Counted from the first letter of the stretch, positions 9,036 through 18,578 are shown. The stretch: DNA of 38,742 nt from an uncultured Eubacteriales bacterium (GCA_949744165.1 CATJWG010000174.1:1-38742), one strand, 5' to 3'. Notes: a model not told the origin generated them from the letters alone. Numbers and translations: made by a program.

Positions 9036-9881
9036 TTACTTGTGGTAGTATAGGATTCCCAGCGTTCCCGGGCCGCAGTGGCTGGAGACAGTGCAACCGG
9101 CGCGGGTGTGGAGGATTTCCTTGAAGGGCTGATATTTCAGGACCTCGCGCTCGACAAGCTCCCGGGTTTCGTCGCTCAGGCCGCCGGAGTCGGTGATGAA
9201 AATTCGTCTGGTATCGATGTCGTCGCGGTTTTCGAGCCGGGCGCGGACATAATCCGTCAGGCACTTTTCCATACTGCCGCGGAACTTGCGGCCAACGCCC
9301 ATCTTACCGTTTTTGACCTCGATGCAGGGTTTTAACGAGAGCAGGTTGGCTCCCATCGCCGCCAGCGCGGAGCAGCGCCCGCCGCGGCGCAGATAGGCCA
9401 GAGTGTCCACCACGAAGCTGACGTCCAGCTTCTCGCTCCGGCGTTCAAGCTCGGCGCTTATCTCCGCGCCGGACATGCCCTGCCGCGCCATTCCGGCCGC
9501 GTCAAGAACAAGGTGTCCGATACCGGTGGAGAGATTGCGCGAGTCCACGGGGTAGACGCGTCCGAGCTCTCTTGCCGCGATACAGGCATTCTGCCAGCAG
9601 GCGGACATGTCGCTGGAAATATGCAGGTGGACTATCTCGTCACACGTTTCAAGGCGTTTGCTGAAAAACTCAAGATAGTCGGCCACGGACACGGCCGCGG
9701 TTGAGCATATCTCCCCTCCTGCGGACACGTGGGCGTATATGTCCTCGGGCTGTATCTCCACTCCGTCGGCAAAGGATTTTCCGTCCTTGATAATGTAAAG
9801 CGGTGTTATTCCTATGTCATATCTGCTTGTTAACTCCCGCGTCAAATCGCAGGTGCTGTCTGCCGATACGCTGACTTTCAA
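9036..9881 (-). CDS. DegV-family fatty-acid-binding protein
   Basis: The sequence (M)KVSVSADSTCDL...ITPLYI...STAAVS...LSTG is typical of DegV. The start is set at TTG 9881, which has AGGAGG 7 nt upstream. The 377-aa track ORF (to 10169) would run across the miaA start and is rejected. Confidence 0.85.
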   Translation of the reverse strand: MKVSVSADSTCDLTRELTSRYDIGITPLYIIKDGKSFADGVEIQPEDIYAHVSAGGEICSTAAVSVADYLEFFSKRLETCDEIVHLHISSDMSACWQNACIAARELGRVYPVDSRNLSTGIGHLVLDAAGMARQGMSGAEISAELERRSEKLDVSFVVDTLAYLRRGGRCSALAAMGANLLSLKPCIEVKNGKMGVGRKFRGSMEKCLTDYVRARLENRDDIDTRRIFITDSGGLSDETRELVEREVLKYQPFKEILHTRAGCTVSSHCGPGTLGILYYHK

Positions 9882-9980
9882 GGCCCTGCCTCCTTTTTTC
9901 AACATGAAAATATTTTCCTTCAGTATAGCATACCTTTTGAGGAAATTGCTAACAAATAATGAATTCCAGGTAGGTTCAGT

Positions 9981-10940
9981 GTGAAAAAGCCCGAAAAAGT
10001 AATCGTAATAAGCGGCCCCACCGCCACAGGGAAAACGGCGCTGGGAGTGGAGCTGTGCCTGCGTATAGGAGGAGAGGTCATATCGGCCGACTCCATGCAG
10101 CTCTACCGCGGGTTGAACATAGGTACGGCCAAGGCCACGGAGGAGGAAATGCGCGGCGTGCCCCACCACATGCTTGACGTAGCCGAGCCAGACGAAGACT
10201 TTTCCGTCTCACGCTGGGTGGACATGGCCGCAGACTGCGCGGGGAAAATTTTCGCGCACGGGAGAATTCCGGTTATCGTCGGCGGTACGGGGCTTTATAT
10301 CGACTCGCTGCTGTCAGGACGCAGCTTTGCCTCAGCGGACATGGACGGTGCTCTGCGCGCTCGGCTATCGTCCGAGTACGACGAGCAGGGCGGGGACGCC
10401 TTTCGCGAACGGCTGCGCAGGGTGGACCCGCGCAGGGCGGAGCTGCTCCACCCCGCGGACAAGAAGCGCCTTGTGCGCGCCATGGAGGTATACCTGCTCA
10501 CAGGCGAAACGATAACGGCGCACGACGAGCGCACCAAAGCCCTGCCGCCCCGCTGGCCGTCGTCTCGCTTCGCACTGAGCTTTGCGAACAGGCAAGCTCT
10601 GTACGCGCGCATTGATGCGCGCGTGGACCAGATGCTCGCGATCGGGCTGTTCGGCGAGGTGGAGCAGCTCATGCGCGAAAGAAAAATTTCTCCGGAATCC
10701 TCCTCAATGCAGGCAATCGGATACAAAGAAGCTGTAGAATACCTTGAAGGACGCTGCACGGCGGCCGAAGCCGCGGAGCGCATAAAGCTCGCCTCCCGCC
10801 GCTACTCCAAGCGCCAGCTTACATGGCTCCGGCGTGACGCAGGACTTGAGTGGATACTCTGGGACAGCGCTCCCGACCCCTGCGCGGGCGCGCTGCGCGT
10901 GATTCAGACGCTGAAACACAGCAATTTCTTCAACTTTTAA
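9981..10940 (+). CDS. miaA: tRNA dimethylallyltransferase
   Basis: The P-loop ISGPTATGKT, and SADSMQLYRGLNIGTAK and RQLTWLRR, are classic MiaA blocks. GTG start; hfq lies downstream, as in many bacteria. Confidence 0.95.
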   Translation: MKKPEKVIVISGPTATGKTALGVELCLRIGGEVISADSMQLYRGLNIGTAKATEEEMRGVPHHMLDVAEPDEDFSVSRWVDMAADCAGKIFAHGRIPVIVGGTGLYIDSLLSGRSFASADMDGALRARLSSEYDEQGGDAFRERLRRVDPRRAELLHPADKKRLVRAMEVYLLTGETITAHDERTKALPPRWPSSRFALSFANRQALYARIDARVDQMLAIGLFGEVEQLMRERKISPESSSMQAIGYKEAVEYLEGRCTAAEAAERIKLASRRYSKRQLTWLRRDAGLEWILWDSAPDPCAGALRVIQTLKHSNFFNF

Positions 10941-11120
10941 GTGTGAATCAACAGAAAACGACATTTTTTACGCGACGGCGCGTCTAAAATAGCATATGCG
11001 GGTCAGCTTCCCGCAAAAAACTATTCTAAACCAGCGCCGTTTGTGATAATATGTACTTTACCGCCGGGGCAGGGGCGCCCCGCCGGAGACGGCGCCGCAG
11101 ACAAAAAGGAGTCGTTGAAC

Positions 11121-11351
11121 ATGCAGAAGACACAAAATTATCAGGACGCGTTTCTCAGTGCGGCAAGGCGGGACAGGCTCACCGTGGTGGTGTTTTTAAT
11201 GAACGGCTTTCAGATGAAGGGTGTTGTGCGCGGCTTTGACAGCTTCGTGGTGATGCTCGACACGGAGGGAAAGCAGCAGATGATTTACAAGCATGCAATC
11301 TCCACTATCGTACCTCCCAGGCCAATAGAACTCGGAGCTGAAACCGTATAA
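11121..11351 (+). CDS. hfq: RNA chaperone Hfq
   Basis: It reads [63 protein letters not shown], containing the Sm1/Sm2 motifs. ATG 11121 has AAAGGAG upstream. The track's 11043 start adds an implausible extension. Confidence 0.95.
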   Translation: MQKTQNYQDAFLSAARRDRLTVVVFLMNGFQMKGVVRGFDSFVVMLDTEGKQQMIYKHAISTIVPPRPIELGAETV

Positions 11352-11402
11352 GCCCGGACAAAGGCACTACATATCGCGCCCCCGATACGCAAAGAAGGCA
11401 AT

Positions 11403-12596
11403 ATGAAGCGAACCGACACAGTTACAATCATAATAGCGCTGGTGCTTTTCCTGGCCGTGGCCGCCTACGCAGGCGTTTACGCCTACGGCGCACTGACCGA
11501 CCAAACCGTGACCGCCGAAGCTGCGGTTACCTCCGTGACTGCCGAGGGCACTGCCAGCGGCATAGTCGTGCGCAGCGAAAGCGTGCTGCAAAGCGCGGAG
11601 CCATACATCGACATAAGCGTGCCGGACGGGACGAAGGTTGCCGCCGGCGAGACAATAGCCACTGCAATGAGCAGCCAGACAGGCCTCGAGCGCGCCGCAA
11701 GGATTCACGAGCTGGAGCTTGAAATCGCGCGCGTATCCGCCGCGGTGGATGGAATAAGCTCCGCCCGGGACCTGACGGCGCGCGACGCTCAGCTTCGCTC
11801 AGCCGTGCTCGAGCTGGCCGGCTGCGTGGCGCGCAGGGAGCTTGACCGACTCGACGCCGCGGCGCTGAACCTGCGTTGTCTGACCTTTGACGAGAGCGAG
11901 TCCAGTCAGGCCGAGCTTGACGCACTGCAAACCGAGCTTTCCAGCCTGCGCAGCAGCTCCAGCTCTGACACGAGCTTTCTGACGGCAAGCTTCTCCGGCG
12001 TATTCTCCACGGCCGTGGACGGCTATGAGCATCTTGGCCCCGAAGACCTGCAGGACCTCACACCGGATGGCGTGATGGGGCTTGTCGAGTCCCGCGGCGA
12101 GAGCCCTGACGGGGCCTACGGTAAGCTGGTTACGGATTACCGCTGGTACTTCGCCGCAGTGATGCCTGACGCGGATGCGGCCAACCTGACTGTCGGCGGA
12201 TACGCTAACCTTGACTTTGGCCGTTACTACGGCTCCGGAGTCTCCGCGCTGGTGCAGAGCATAAGCCCGGGGCACAACGGCAGTACCGCGGTGGTTTTCA
12301 TGTGCGACACGGCTCTGGCCGACACGCTGGCCATGCGCGAGGTGTCCGCCTCTGTGGTGTTCGACGAGTACGATGGCATCCGCGTGCCGTCACAGGCGCT
12401 GCACGAGGATGAAAACGGCAGGGAATATGTATGGGTTATAACGGCCATGCAGCTTGAGCGCAAGGAAGTCACAGTCATATACAGCGGCGATGATTTCTGC
12501 GTGGTCGAACGCGAGGCCGCGCCGAACGCCCTGCGTGAAGGAAACGAAATTGTTGTATCTGGAAGCGATTTGTATGAAGGGAAGCTGATGGATTGA
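11403..12596 (+). CDS. HlyD/membrane-fusion-like protein (N-terminal TM, lipoyl-like hairpin, coiled coil, beta-barrel)
   Basis: 397 aa with a single N-terminal TM helix. It has the V..G..V..GE.IA barrel-sandwich signature, a long Ala/Leu/Glu coiled segment and a C-terminal beta-rich domain. The family call is by architecture only. Confidence 0.5.
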   Translation: MKRTDTVTIIIALVLFLAVAAYAGVYAYGALTDQTVTAEAAVTSVTAEGTASGIVVRSESVLQSAEPYIDISVPDGTKVAAGETIATAMSSQTGLERAARIHELELEIARVSAAVDGISSARDLTARDAQLRSAVLELAGCVARRELDRLDAAALNLRCLTFDESESSQAELDALQTELSSLRSSSSSDTSFLTASFSGVFSTAVDGYEHLGPEDLQDLTPDGVMGLVESRGESPDGAYGKLVTDYRWYFAAVMPDADAANLTVGGYANLDFGRYYGSGVSALVQSISPGHNGSTAVVFMCDTALADTLAMREVSASVVFDEYDGIRVPSQALHEDENGREYVWVITAMQLERKEVTVIYSGDDFCVVEREAAPNALREGNEIVVSGSDLYEGKLMD

Positions 12597-13297
12597 GCAT
12601 CGCGGAAAATGTAGAAAAAATAAGAAGGAACATCGCCGAGGCCGCAGGCTCCGGCGCTGTTTTGCTTGTTGCCGCCACGAAAATGAACGACGCCGCGCAT
12701 GTGCGCGAGGCTGTCGCGGCAGGCGTGGACGCCTGCGGCGAGAACCGCGTGCAGGAATTTCTGGAAAAAAATGCGCAAAACGCCTATGACGGCGCGCCAA
12801 AGCACTTCATTGGTCATTTGCAGCGCAACAAGGTCAATAAAATAGTCGGCAGCGTGGACCTTATCCAGTCAGTCGGCAGCGCCGAACTGCTGACGCTCAT
12901 TGGCCGGCGCGCCGAATCGCTGGGTATTGTGCAGGATGTTTTGATAGAAATTAACATTGCCGGAGAAGCTCAAAAGTCCGGCATCGAGCCGCGGCAGCTT
13001 GAGGAAATACTGGAGTTTTCTGCCAATTTCTCCTCCGTTCGGGTGCGCGGATTGATGTGCATACCTCCAATATCGGCCCAAAGTGGGGATAATCGGGCTT
13101 ATTTTGCCCGTATGAGGCAGCTTTTTGTTGACAACGGGCACAAAAAATACGATAATGCTTCTATGGACTTTCTGTCCATGGGCATGACGGACGATTATAT
13201 GGACGCGGTAAGGGAAGGCGCCAACATGGTTCGTATCGGTTCGGCGATTTTCGGACGGCGCGATTACGGTGCTGGGAAATCGCTTTTGGAGGAATAG
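12593..13297 (+). CDS. yggS: YggS/YlmE-family PLP homeostasis protein
   Basis: Signatures present: LLVAATKMNDAAHVREAVAAGVDACGENRVQE (Lys in ATK), HFIGHLQRNK and SMGMTDDY. The TTG start overlaps the upstream stop. Confidence 0.9.
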   Translation: MSIAENVEKIRRNIAEAAGSGAVLLVAATKMNDAAHVREAVAAGVDACGENRVQEFLEKNAQNAYDGAPKHFIGHLQRNKVNKIVGSVDLIQSVGSAELLTLIGRRAESLGIVQDVLIEINIAGEAQKSGIEPRQLEEILEFSANFSSVRVRGLMCIPPISAQSGDNRAYFARMRQLFVDNGHKKYDNASMDFLSMGMTDDYMDAVREGANMVRIGSAIFGRRDYGAGKSLLEE

Positions 13298-13302
13298 TTT
13301 AG

Positions 13303-13800
13303 ATGGGTTTTTTTGACGAGCTGAAAAAGCTTACTCGTCCTTATGACGATGAGGACGACGAATTTATAGATGAGTCCGGCGGTATAGAGCCGCCTGCCGC
13401 GTCCGAGCGCCGGCCCAACCCCTTCTCCGGTTTCGGCGTGGAGTCGGCCCCCTCTCAGAGCACCCGCCCTTCCAGGCAACCGCGCGAGGGCCGGGTAGTG
13501 AGTATAAACGGCGGAGCCGGCATACAGCCGACAAAGCTTGTCCTGGTAAAGCCCGAGCGCTTTGACGCCGCAGCTGAGATTGCCGACCACCTGCGGGACG
13601 GCCACTCCATAATAATGAATCTGGAAACAACGCCCAAGGACGTTTCCCGCCGGCTGATAGATTTTCTCTCCGGCGTGACCTATGCCCTGGACGGTAAAAT
13701 ACAGAAGGCAGCAATAAACACTTACGTGATAGCGCCCAAGAACGCGGACCTGTCAGGCGACCTTGCCGAGGACCTTGAAAGCGGCAGCGCATATTTATAA
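13303..13800 (+). CDS. sepF: cell division protein SepF
   Basis: It has the N-terminal amphipathic MGFFDELKKL, a disordered linker and a conserved C-domain (VLVKPERFDAAAEIADHLRDGHSIIMNLE). It is positioned between ylmE/yggS and divIVA. Confidence 0.85.
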   Translation: MGFFDELKKLTRPYDDEDDEFIDESGGIEPPAASERRPNPFSGFGVESAPSQSTRPSRQPREGRVVSINGGAGIQPTKLVLVKPERFDAAAEIADHLRDGHSIIMNLETTPKDVSRRLIDFLSGVTYALDGKIQKAAINTYVIAPKNADLSGDLAEDLESGSAYL

Positions 13801-13849
13801 GGACGAGCTATTGGGCAAAACCTACGAATAACTTTGGGGGATTTAAGAT

Positions 13850-14536
13850 ATGACTACACCTCAGGATATCAGAGAGAAAACTTTTGAAAAAGCTGTTTTC
13901 GGCGGCTATGATATGGGCGATGTGGACGACTTTATGGAGCAGCTCGCCACAGACATAACCACCCTTCAGAAGGAAAATTCCGTGTTAAAGGGCAAAATGA
14001 AGGTTCTTGTGGACAAGATAGAGGAGTACCGCGGCGGCGAGGAGGCTCTGCGCACGGCAATACTCTCAGCCCAGAAGATGGGCAACATGATAGAAAAAGA
14101 GTCGCGCGAGAAAAGCGACAGAATTGTCGGCGACGCCGAGGCCGAGGCCGAACGACTCACGCGCAAGGCCAGAGACGAGGTCGAGACCGAGAAGGCCCGG
14201 CTTGAAGCGGCAAAACGCAGCAGCGTACAGTTTATTGAGAGCATGAATATGCTCTGCCACAAGCAGCTTGAGTTCTTAGCGCGCATAAGCGGGGCGGATT
14301 TTGTTAAGCCCGCGCCGCGCTCCGCCGCACCGGCCGTACATGCGAACGAGGACGGCTCCGAAATTCACGAGACCGTCAAAAGCATAGAGGAAACCGTTGC
14401 CAAGGCCGCCAGCGAGCCCGTCAACGACGTGCGTCCCGACATAAAGCGAATGGTCACCCGCGGCGACGATAATCCCACCCGCACCTTCGGCATCGCCTCC
14501 GGAGGAATGGACGACGATGAGCCAACAATATTTTGA
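13850..14536 (+). CDS. divIVA: DivIVA-family cell division/polar scaffold protein
   Basis: The N-terminal lipid-binding domain is present (TPQDIREKTFEKAVFGGYDMGDVDDFMEQL), followed by coiled coils. Confidence 0.85.
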   Translation: MTTPQDIREKTFEKAVFGGYDMGDVDDFMEQLATDITTLQKENSVLKGKMKVLVDKIEEYRGGEEALRTAILSAQKMGNMIEKESREKSDRIVGDAEAEAERLTRKARDEVETEKARLEAAKRSSVQFIESMNMLCHKQLEFLARISGADFVKPAPRSAAPAVHANEDGSEIHETVKSIEETVAKAASEPVNDVRPDIKRMVTRGDDNPTRTFGIASGGMDDDEPTIF

Positions 14537-14564
14537 CGGGCGGTGCTTTTGATTTATAACATAT

Positions 14565-14597
14565 GGGGCGGGTATTCCGCCCCGTGATTTGGTTTTT
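14565..14597 (+). terminator. candidate intrinsic terminator after divIVA
   Basis: GGGGCGG (14565-14571), loop GTATT, CCGCCCC (14577-14583), then GTGATTTGGTTTTT. Confidence 0.55.
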
Positions 14598-14655
14598 GAG
14601 CTTATAATTTATCCGGCGCAGATTTGGCCCCGGATATGTTCAGGAGAGAAATAAG

Positions 14656-17451
14656 ATGGAAAAAGACTACAACTCAACCCTTAATCTGCCGAAAACCGAC
14701 TTTCCCATGAGGGCGGGGCTACCCAAGCGCGAGCCGGAGATGCTCGAGCGCTGGGAAAAGCAGGACGTTTACCATGAGATGCTTAAGAAAAACGAGGGCA
14801 AGCCGCGCTTTTCGCTGCATGACGGGCCCCCGTTCTCCAACGGCAGCATACACATGGGCACGGCCATGAACAAGGCTATAAAGGATTTTATCACCCGCTC
14901 CTACGCCATGCGCGGCTATTACACGCCCTATATTCCCGGCTGGGACAACCACGGTATGCCAATTGAGTCGGCCATAATAAAGCAGAACAAGCTCAACCGC
15001 AAAGCCATGAGCGTACCGGAGTTCCGCACCGCCTGCCACGAGTTTGCTCAGCACTATGTCAATGTGCAGCGTGAGAATTTCAAGCGTATTGGCGTTATAG
15101 GCGACTGGGAGAATCCTTATCTGACCATGTCACCCAAGTTTGAGTCGGAGGAGGTCAGGGTTTTCGGCGAGATGTACAAGAAGGGCTACATCTACAAGGG
15201 CCTCAAGCCCGTGTACTGGTGTCCCTACGATGAGACGGCGCTGGCCGAGGCGGAAATTGAGTATCAGGACGACCCCTGCACAACCGTTTACGTGAAGTTT
15301 GCCGTATGCGACGACAAGGGCAAACTGGCGCAGTTCGGCGACGTGTCGAAGATGTACTTCCTGATATGGACGACCACGATATGGACTCTGCCGGGCAACT
15401 TGGCCATCGCGGTGCACCCGCGCGAGAGCTACGTGTTGGTGAAGGCCGGAAACGGCGAGATGTACATTTTAGCCGAAGCGCTTGCGGAGAAGGTCATGGG
15501 CGTCGGAGACGTGGCAGATTATGAGATTATCGCGCGGTTTAAGGGCGCAGAGTTTGAGTATATGCTCGCGCGGCATCCCTTCCTGGACAAGACAAGCCAG
15601 CTCTGCACGGCAGAATACGTCACCATGGACAGCGGCACCGGCTGCGTCCATACCGCTCCCGGCTTTGGTGCGGACGACTACGAGACCTGCAAGCGTTATA
15701 AAATAGATATGGTTGTGCCCGTGGACGACCGCGGAAGGCACACCGATTACGCCGGCAAATACGCCGGTCTGAAAACGGAGGAGAGCAACAGCGTTATCTT
15801 AGCGGACATGAAGGAGTCCGGCGCGCTGTTTGCCAGCGAAGAGATTACCCACTCCTACCCGCACTGCTGGCGGTGCAAGCACCCGATAATCTTCCGTGCC
15901 ACACCGCAGTGGTTCTGCTCGGTGGACGCCTTCAAGCAGGAAGCCTGCGACGCCTGCGACGATGTAAAATGGTACCCCGCATGGGGAATTGACCGCATAA
16001 AGAGTATGATACGCGAGCGTGCTGACTGGTGCATTTCCCGCCAGCGCCGCTGGGGCCTGCCGATTCCGGTATTCTACTGCCCCGACTGCGGAAAGCCTAT
16101 ATGTAATGACGAGACGATTGACGCGGTGTCGCGCCTCTTCGCCGGTCGCGGGTCAAACGCCTGGTACGAGCTGGACGCAAATGAAATCCTGCCGAAGGAC
16201 TTTGCCTGTCCGCACTGTGGAGCCAAGGGCGGATTTACCAAGGAAGAGGACACGCTCGACGGTTGGTTTGACTCCGGCTCGTCCCACTTCGCCTCCATGC
16301 AGCGCGACCAGGGCTTCTGGCCCGCTGATGTGTACCTTGAGGGTCTTGACCAATACCGCGGCTGGTTCCAGTCCAGCCTGCTGACCGCCGTAGGCGCGCT
16401 GGGCAAGGGCGCGCCGTTTAAGGAGTGCATCACCCACGGCTGGACCGTTGACGGCGATGGCCGGGCGATGCACAAGTCTCTCGGCAACGGTATGGACCCT
16501 GCGCAGATTATAGACACCTACGGCGCGGACCTGCTGCGCCTTTGGGCCGCATCGGCGGACTACCACGCCGATGTGCGCTGCTCGGACAAAATTTTCAAGC
16601 AGCTTTCCCAGAATTATCTGAAATTCCGCAACACCGCGCGTTACTGTCTGGGCAACCTTGACGGCTTTAACGCCGACGACCTGGTTGGCCCGGAAGAGAT
16701 GGAGGAGCTTGACCGCTGGGCGCTGACGCGTCTCGGCGCGCTCATGGCCCGCTGCGAGCAGGGCTACAGCACTTACGAGTTTGCTATTGTCACCCACGCG
16801 GTTAACGACTTCTGCGTAGTGGAGCTTTCCAACTTCTATCTCGACATCATCAAGGACCGCCTGTACTGTGAGGAGCGCAACAGCCTGCGCCGCCGCAGCG
16901 CGCAGACCGCGCTGTTCCTCATTCTCGACACGCTCACCAAGCTCATGGCCCCGATTTTAGCTTTCACCTGCGACGAGATATGGCAGGTAATGCCCCACCG
17001 TGCAGACGACGACGCGCGAAACGTCGTGTTCAACGAGATGAACAGGCCCTTTGACAAGTACGCGCTCGACGCCGAGTCCATGGAGCGCTGGGATACTCTT
17101 ATAGCCCTGCGCAGCGACGTAAACGCCGTACTGGAAACCGCACGCGCGGAAAAGCGTATCGGCAAGTCGCTTGAGGCTGCGGTTACTCTCTGCCCCGACG
17201 AGACGGAGGGTACGCTTGTGCTCGACAAGTTGGGCGCAATGAACCTGGCAGAGCTGTTCATAGTCTCCCATGTTGCTGTGGCATCAAAGCCTGTTGAGGG
17301 CGTGAAGCAGGGTGCGAACGTTCCCGGTATCTCCGTGGCCGTGACCGAGGCCTCCGGCGTCAAGTGCCCGCGCTGCTGGATGCATTCCACCGCGGCAAAC
17401 GATGACGGCCTGTGCCCCCGCTGTGCGAAAGTTCTTTCGTTTATAAAATAA
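14656..17451 (+). CDS. ileS: isoleucine--tRNA ligase
   Basis: 931 aa. It has a class I HIGH-type motif (PFSNGSIHMGTAMNK), a KMSKS-type motif (MHKSLGN), a CP1 editing domain and a C-terminal zinc knuckle (CPRCW...CPRC). Confidence 0.97.
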   Translation: MEKDYNSTLNLPKTDFPMRAGLPKREPEMLERWEKQDVYHEMLKKNEGKPRFSLHDGPPFSNGSIHMGTAMNKAIKDFITRSYAMRGYYTPYIPGWDNHGMPIESAIIKQNKLNRKAMSVPEFRTACHEFAQHYVNVQRENFKRIGVIGDWENPYLTMSPKFESEEVRVFGEMYKKGYIYKGLKPVYWCPYDETALAEAEIEYQDDPCTTVYVKFAVCDDKGKLAQFGDVSKMYFLIWTTTIWTLPGNLAIAVHPRESYVLVKAGNGEMYILAEALAEKVMGVGDVADYEIIARFKGAEFEYMLARHPFLDKTSQLCTAEYVTMDSGTGCVHTAPGFGADDYETCKRYKIDMVVPVDDRGRHTDYAGKYAGLKTEESNSVILADMKESGALFASEEITHSYPHCWRCKHPIIFRATPQWFCSVDAFKQEACDACDDVKWYPAWGIDRIKSMIRERADWCISRQRRWGLPIPVFYCPDCGKPICNDETIDAVSRLFAGRGSNAWYELDANEILPKDFACPHCGAKGGFTKEEDTLDGWFDSGSSHFASMQRDQGFWPADVYLEGLDQYRGWFQSSLLTAVGALGKGAPFKECITHGWTVDGDGRAMHKSLGNGMDPAQIIDTYGADLLRLWAASADYHADVRCSDKIFKQLSQNYLKFRNTARYCLGNLDGFNADDLVGPEEMEELDRWALTRLGALMARCEQGYSTYEFAIVTHAVNDFCVVELSNFYLDIIKDRLYCEERNSLRRRSAQTALFLILDTLTKLMAPILAFTCDEIWQVMPHRADDDARNVVFNEMNRPFDKYALDAESMERWDTLIALRSDVNAVLETARAEKRIGKSLEAAVTLCPDETEGTLVLDKLGAMNLAELFIVSHVAVASKPVEGVKQGANVPGISVAVTEASGVKCPRCWMHSTAANDDGLCPRCAKVLSFIK

Positions 17452-17496
17452 GCAAAAACATCCCCGCAAAAGGGACCAAGCTTCTTTTGCGCCCCA

Positions 17497-17668
17497 CGTT
17501 AAAAGCTTCTCAGAGTTTGCGCCCGCAGGCGCAAAAGATAAAATCGTTTTTTCCGGCGGCGTGTACGTAGGAAAAAGCGCTCTGCGCGGAGCGAACGTCG
17601 AATCCTTTTCCGCCTTAAACAGCAAAGGGTGAGGCGCAGAACGAAGCGATTCTCTTTCGAAAAAAGGC
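17497..17668 (+). repeat. modular intergenic hairpin repeat (copy C, reference orientation)
   Basis: It aligns over roughly 170 nt with the reverse complement of 35839-36000. Examples: AAAAGCTTCTCAGAGTTTGCGCCCGCAGGCGCAAAAGATAAAATCGTTTTTT versus AAAAGATCTCGTAGAGTCTCGCCGCCGGAGCGGCGAAATAAAATTCAATCGTTTTTT, and GAGGCGCAGAACGAAGCGATTC versus GAGGCGCAGAACGGAGCGAGTC. Confidence 0.65.
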
Positions 17669-17702
17669 TCCACCTCTTTTTCGAGACCCCAAGGAGGTTT
17701 CT

Positions 17703-18578
17703 ATGCTTTACGCAATAGTCGCCGTTATAGCCCTGATAATCGACCAGGCGGTTAAATACTGGACCACCGCCCACATTGTTCTCAATTCAGGCCAGCACAA
17801 GCTCATTCCGGGCTTTATCCACCTGGCCAATGTTCACAACACCGGCGCTGCCTTCAGCTTTATGGAGGGTGCACGCTGGGTTTTCGTGGCACTGTGCGCA
17901 CTGTTTGTCGCAGCGCTGATATACCTGCTGGTGAACAACATTATCAAGGGCAAAACCGCGCGCTGGATGGCTGTACTTGTTATGGCCGGCGCCGTGGGCA
18001 ACTGCATTGACCGCATCATAAGCGGCTATGTGGTTGACATGTTTGAGTTTGAATTCAAAATTTTTGGCCAGCAATTCCCCGTTTTTAACGTGGCCGATAT
18101 CTTCATAACTGTGTGCGGCATTGCCTTTTGCGTGTGCATACTTTTGGAAAAGCCAGAGGACGAAAGGGCAAAGCGGGCCAGACAGGCGGCAGCCAGCAGC
18201 GCTGAAAGCGGAAGCCGCGCCGTATTCACAAAGCCAAAGCAGAGCGGCAGCACTCAGGGCAAAGTCACGCCTTTCCCCGGTCGTGGCATCCGTTCGTCCG
18301 GCGCCGGCAGCATTGGCTCTGACGACCCCTTTGCCGAGTGGGAGCGCTATGCCGCGTCGAAAAACCCAGGGGTATCCGGAGCGACAAGCAAGTCCTCCGC
18401 TCCGCGAAGCACGCCTTCGCTTGACGAGCCGATGTCCCATGTCCGTCCGGCCCCGAAGCCGCCGGCTCCTCCCACAGCTCCGGCAAGTCCGCCGCGTCCC
18501 TCCGTTAAGCCCGACACATCCTCCGACGAGCCGAGCTATAACCTGGACGATATTCTTGCAGAATTCCGAGATTTGTGA
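17703..18578 (+). CDS. lspA: lipoprotein signal peptidase II with a roughly 140-aa Pro/Ser/Ala-rich C-terminal tail
   Basis: Residues 1-150 carry the LspA signatures (NTGAAFSF, GNCIDRI, FNVADIFI) and four TM helices. The ORF continues in frame to 18578, and its stop overlaps the rluD ATG (TGATG). Confidence 0.85.
   Translation: MLYAIVAVIALIIDQAVKYWTTAHIVLNSGQHKLIPGFIHLANVHNTGAAFSFMEGARWVFVALCALFVAALIYLLVNNIIKGKTARWMAVLVMAGAVGNCIDRIISGYVVDMFEFEFKIFGQQFPVFNVADIFITVCGIAFCVCILLEKPEDERAKRARQAAASSAESGSRAVFTKPKQSGSTQGKVTPFPGRGIRSSGAGSIGSDDPFAEWERYAASKNPGVSGATSKSSAPRSTPSLDEPMSHVRPAPKPPAPPTAPASPPRPSVKPDTSSDEPSYNLDDILAEFRDL

Noticed and set aside
9882-10169. N-terminal 96-codon extension of the DegV ORF (track ORF 9036-10169)
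   Set aside because: The extension would overlap the miaA start on the opposite strand and has no DegV similarity. An AGGAGG-TTG start at 9881 gives a normal-length DegV.
11043-11120. Upstream extension of hfq (track start 11043); similarly the MATE extension 30458-30598
   Set aside because: The internal ATG codons (11121; 30599) have proper RBS spacing and give canonical N-termini. The MATE extension would also read through the activase terminator.
14537-14655. Looked for a T-box leader upstream of ileS
   Set aside because: Only 119 nt separate divIVA from ileS, and much of it is a simple terminator hairpin. That is too short for the stem I/specifier/T-box architecture, and I found no T-box consensus sequence. 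Hence no riboswitch call.
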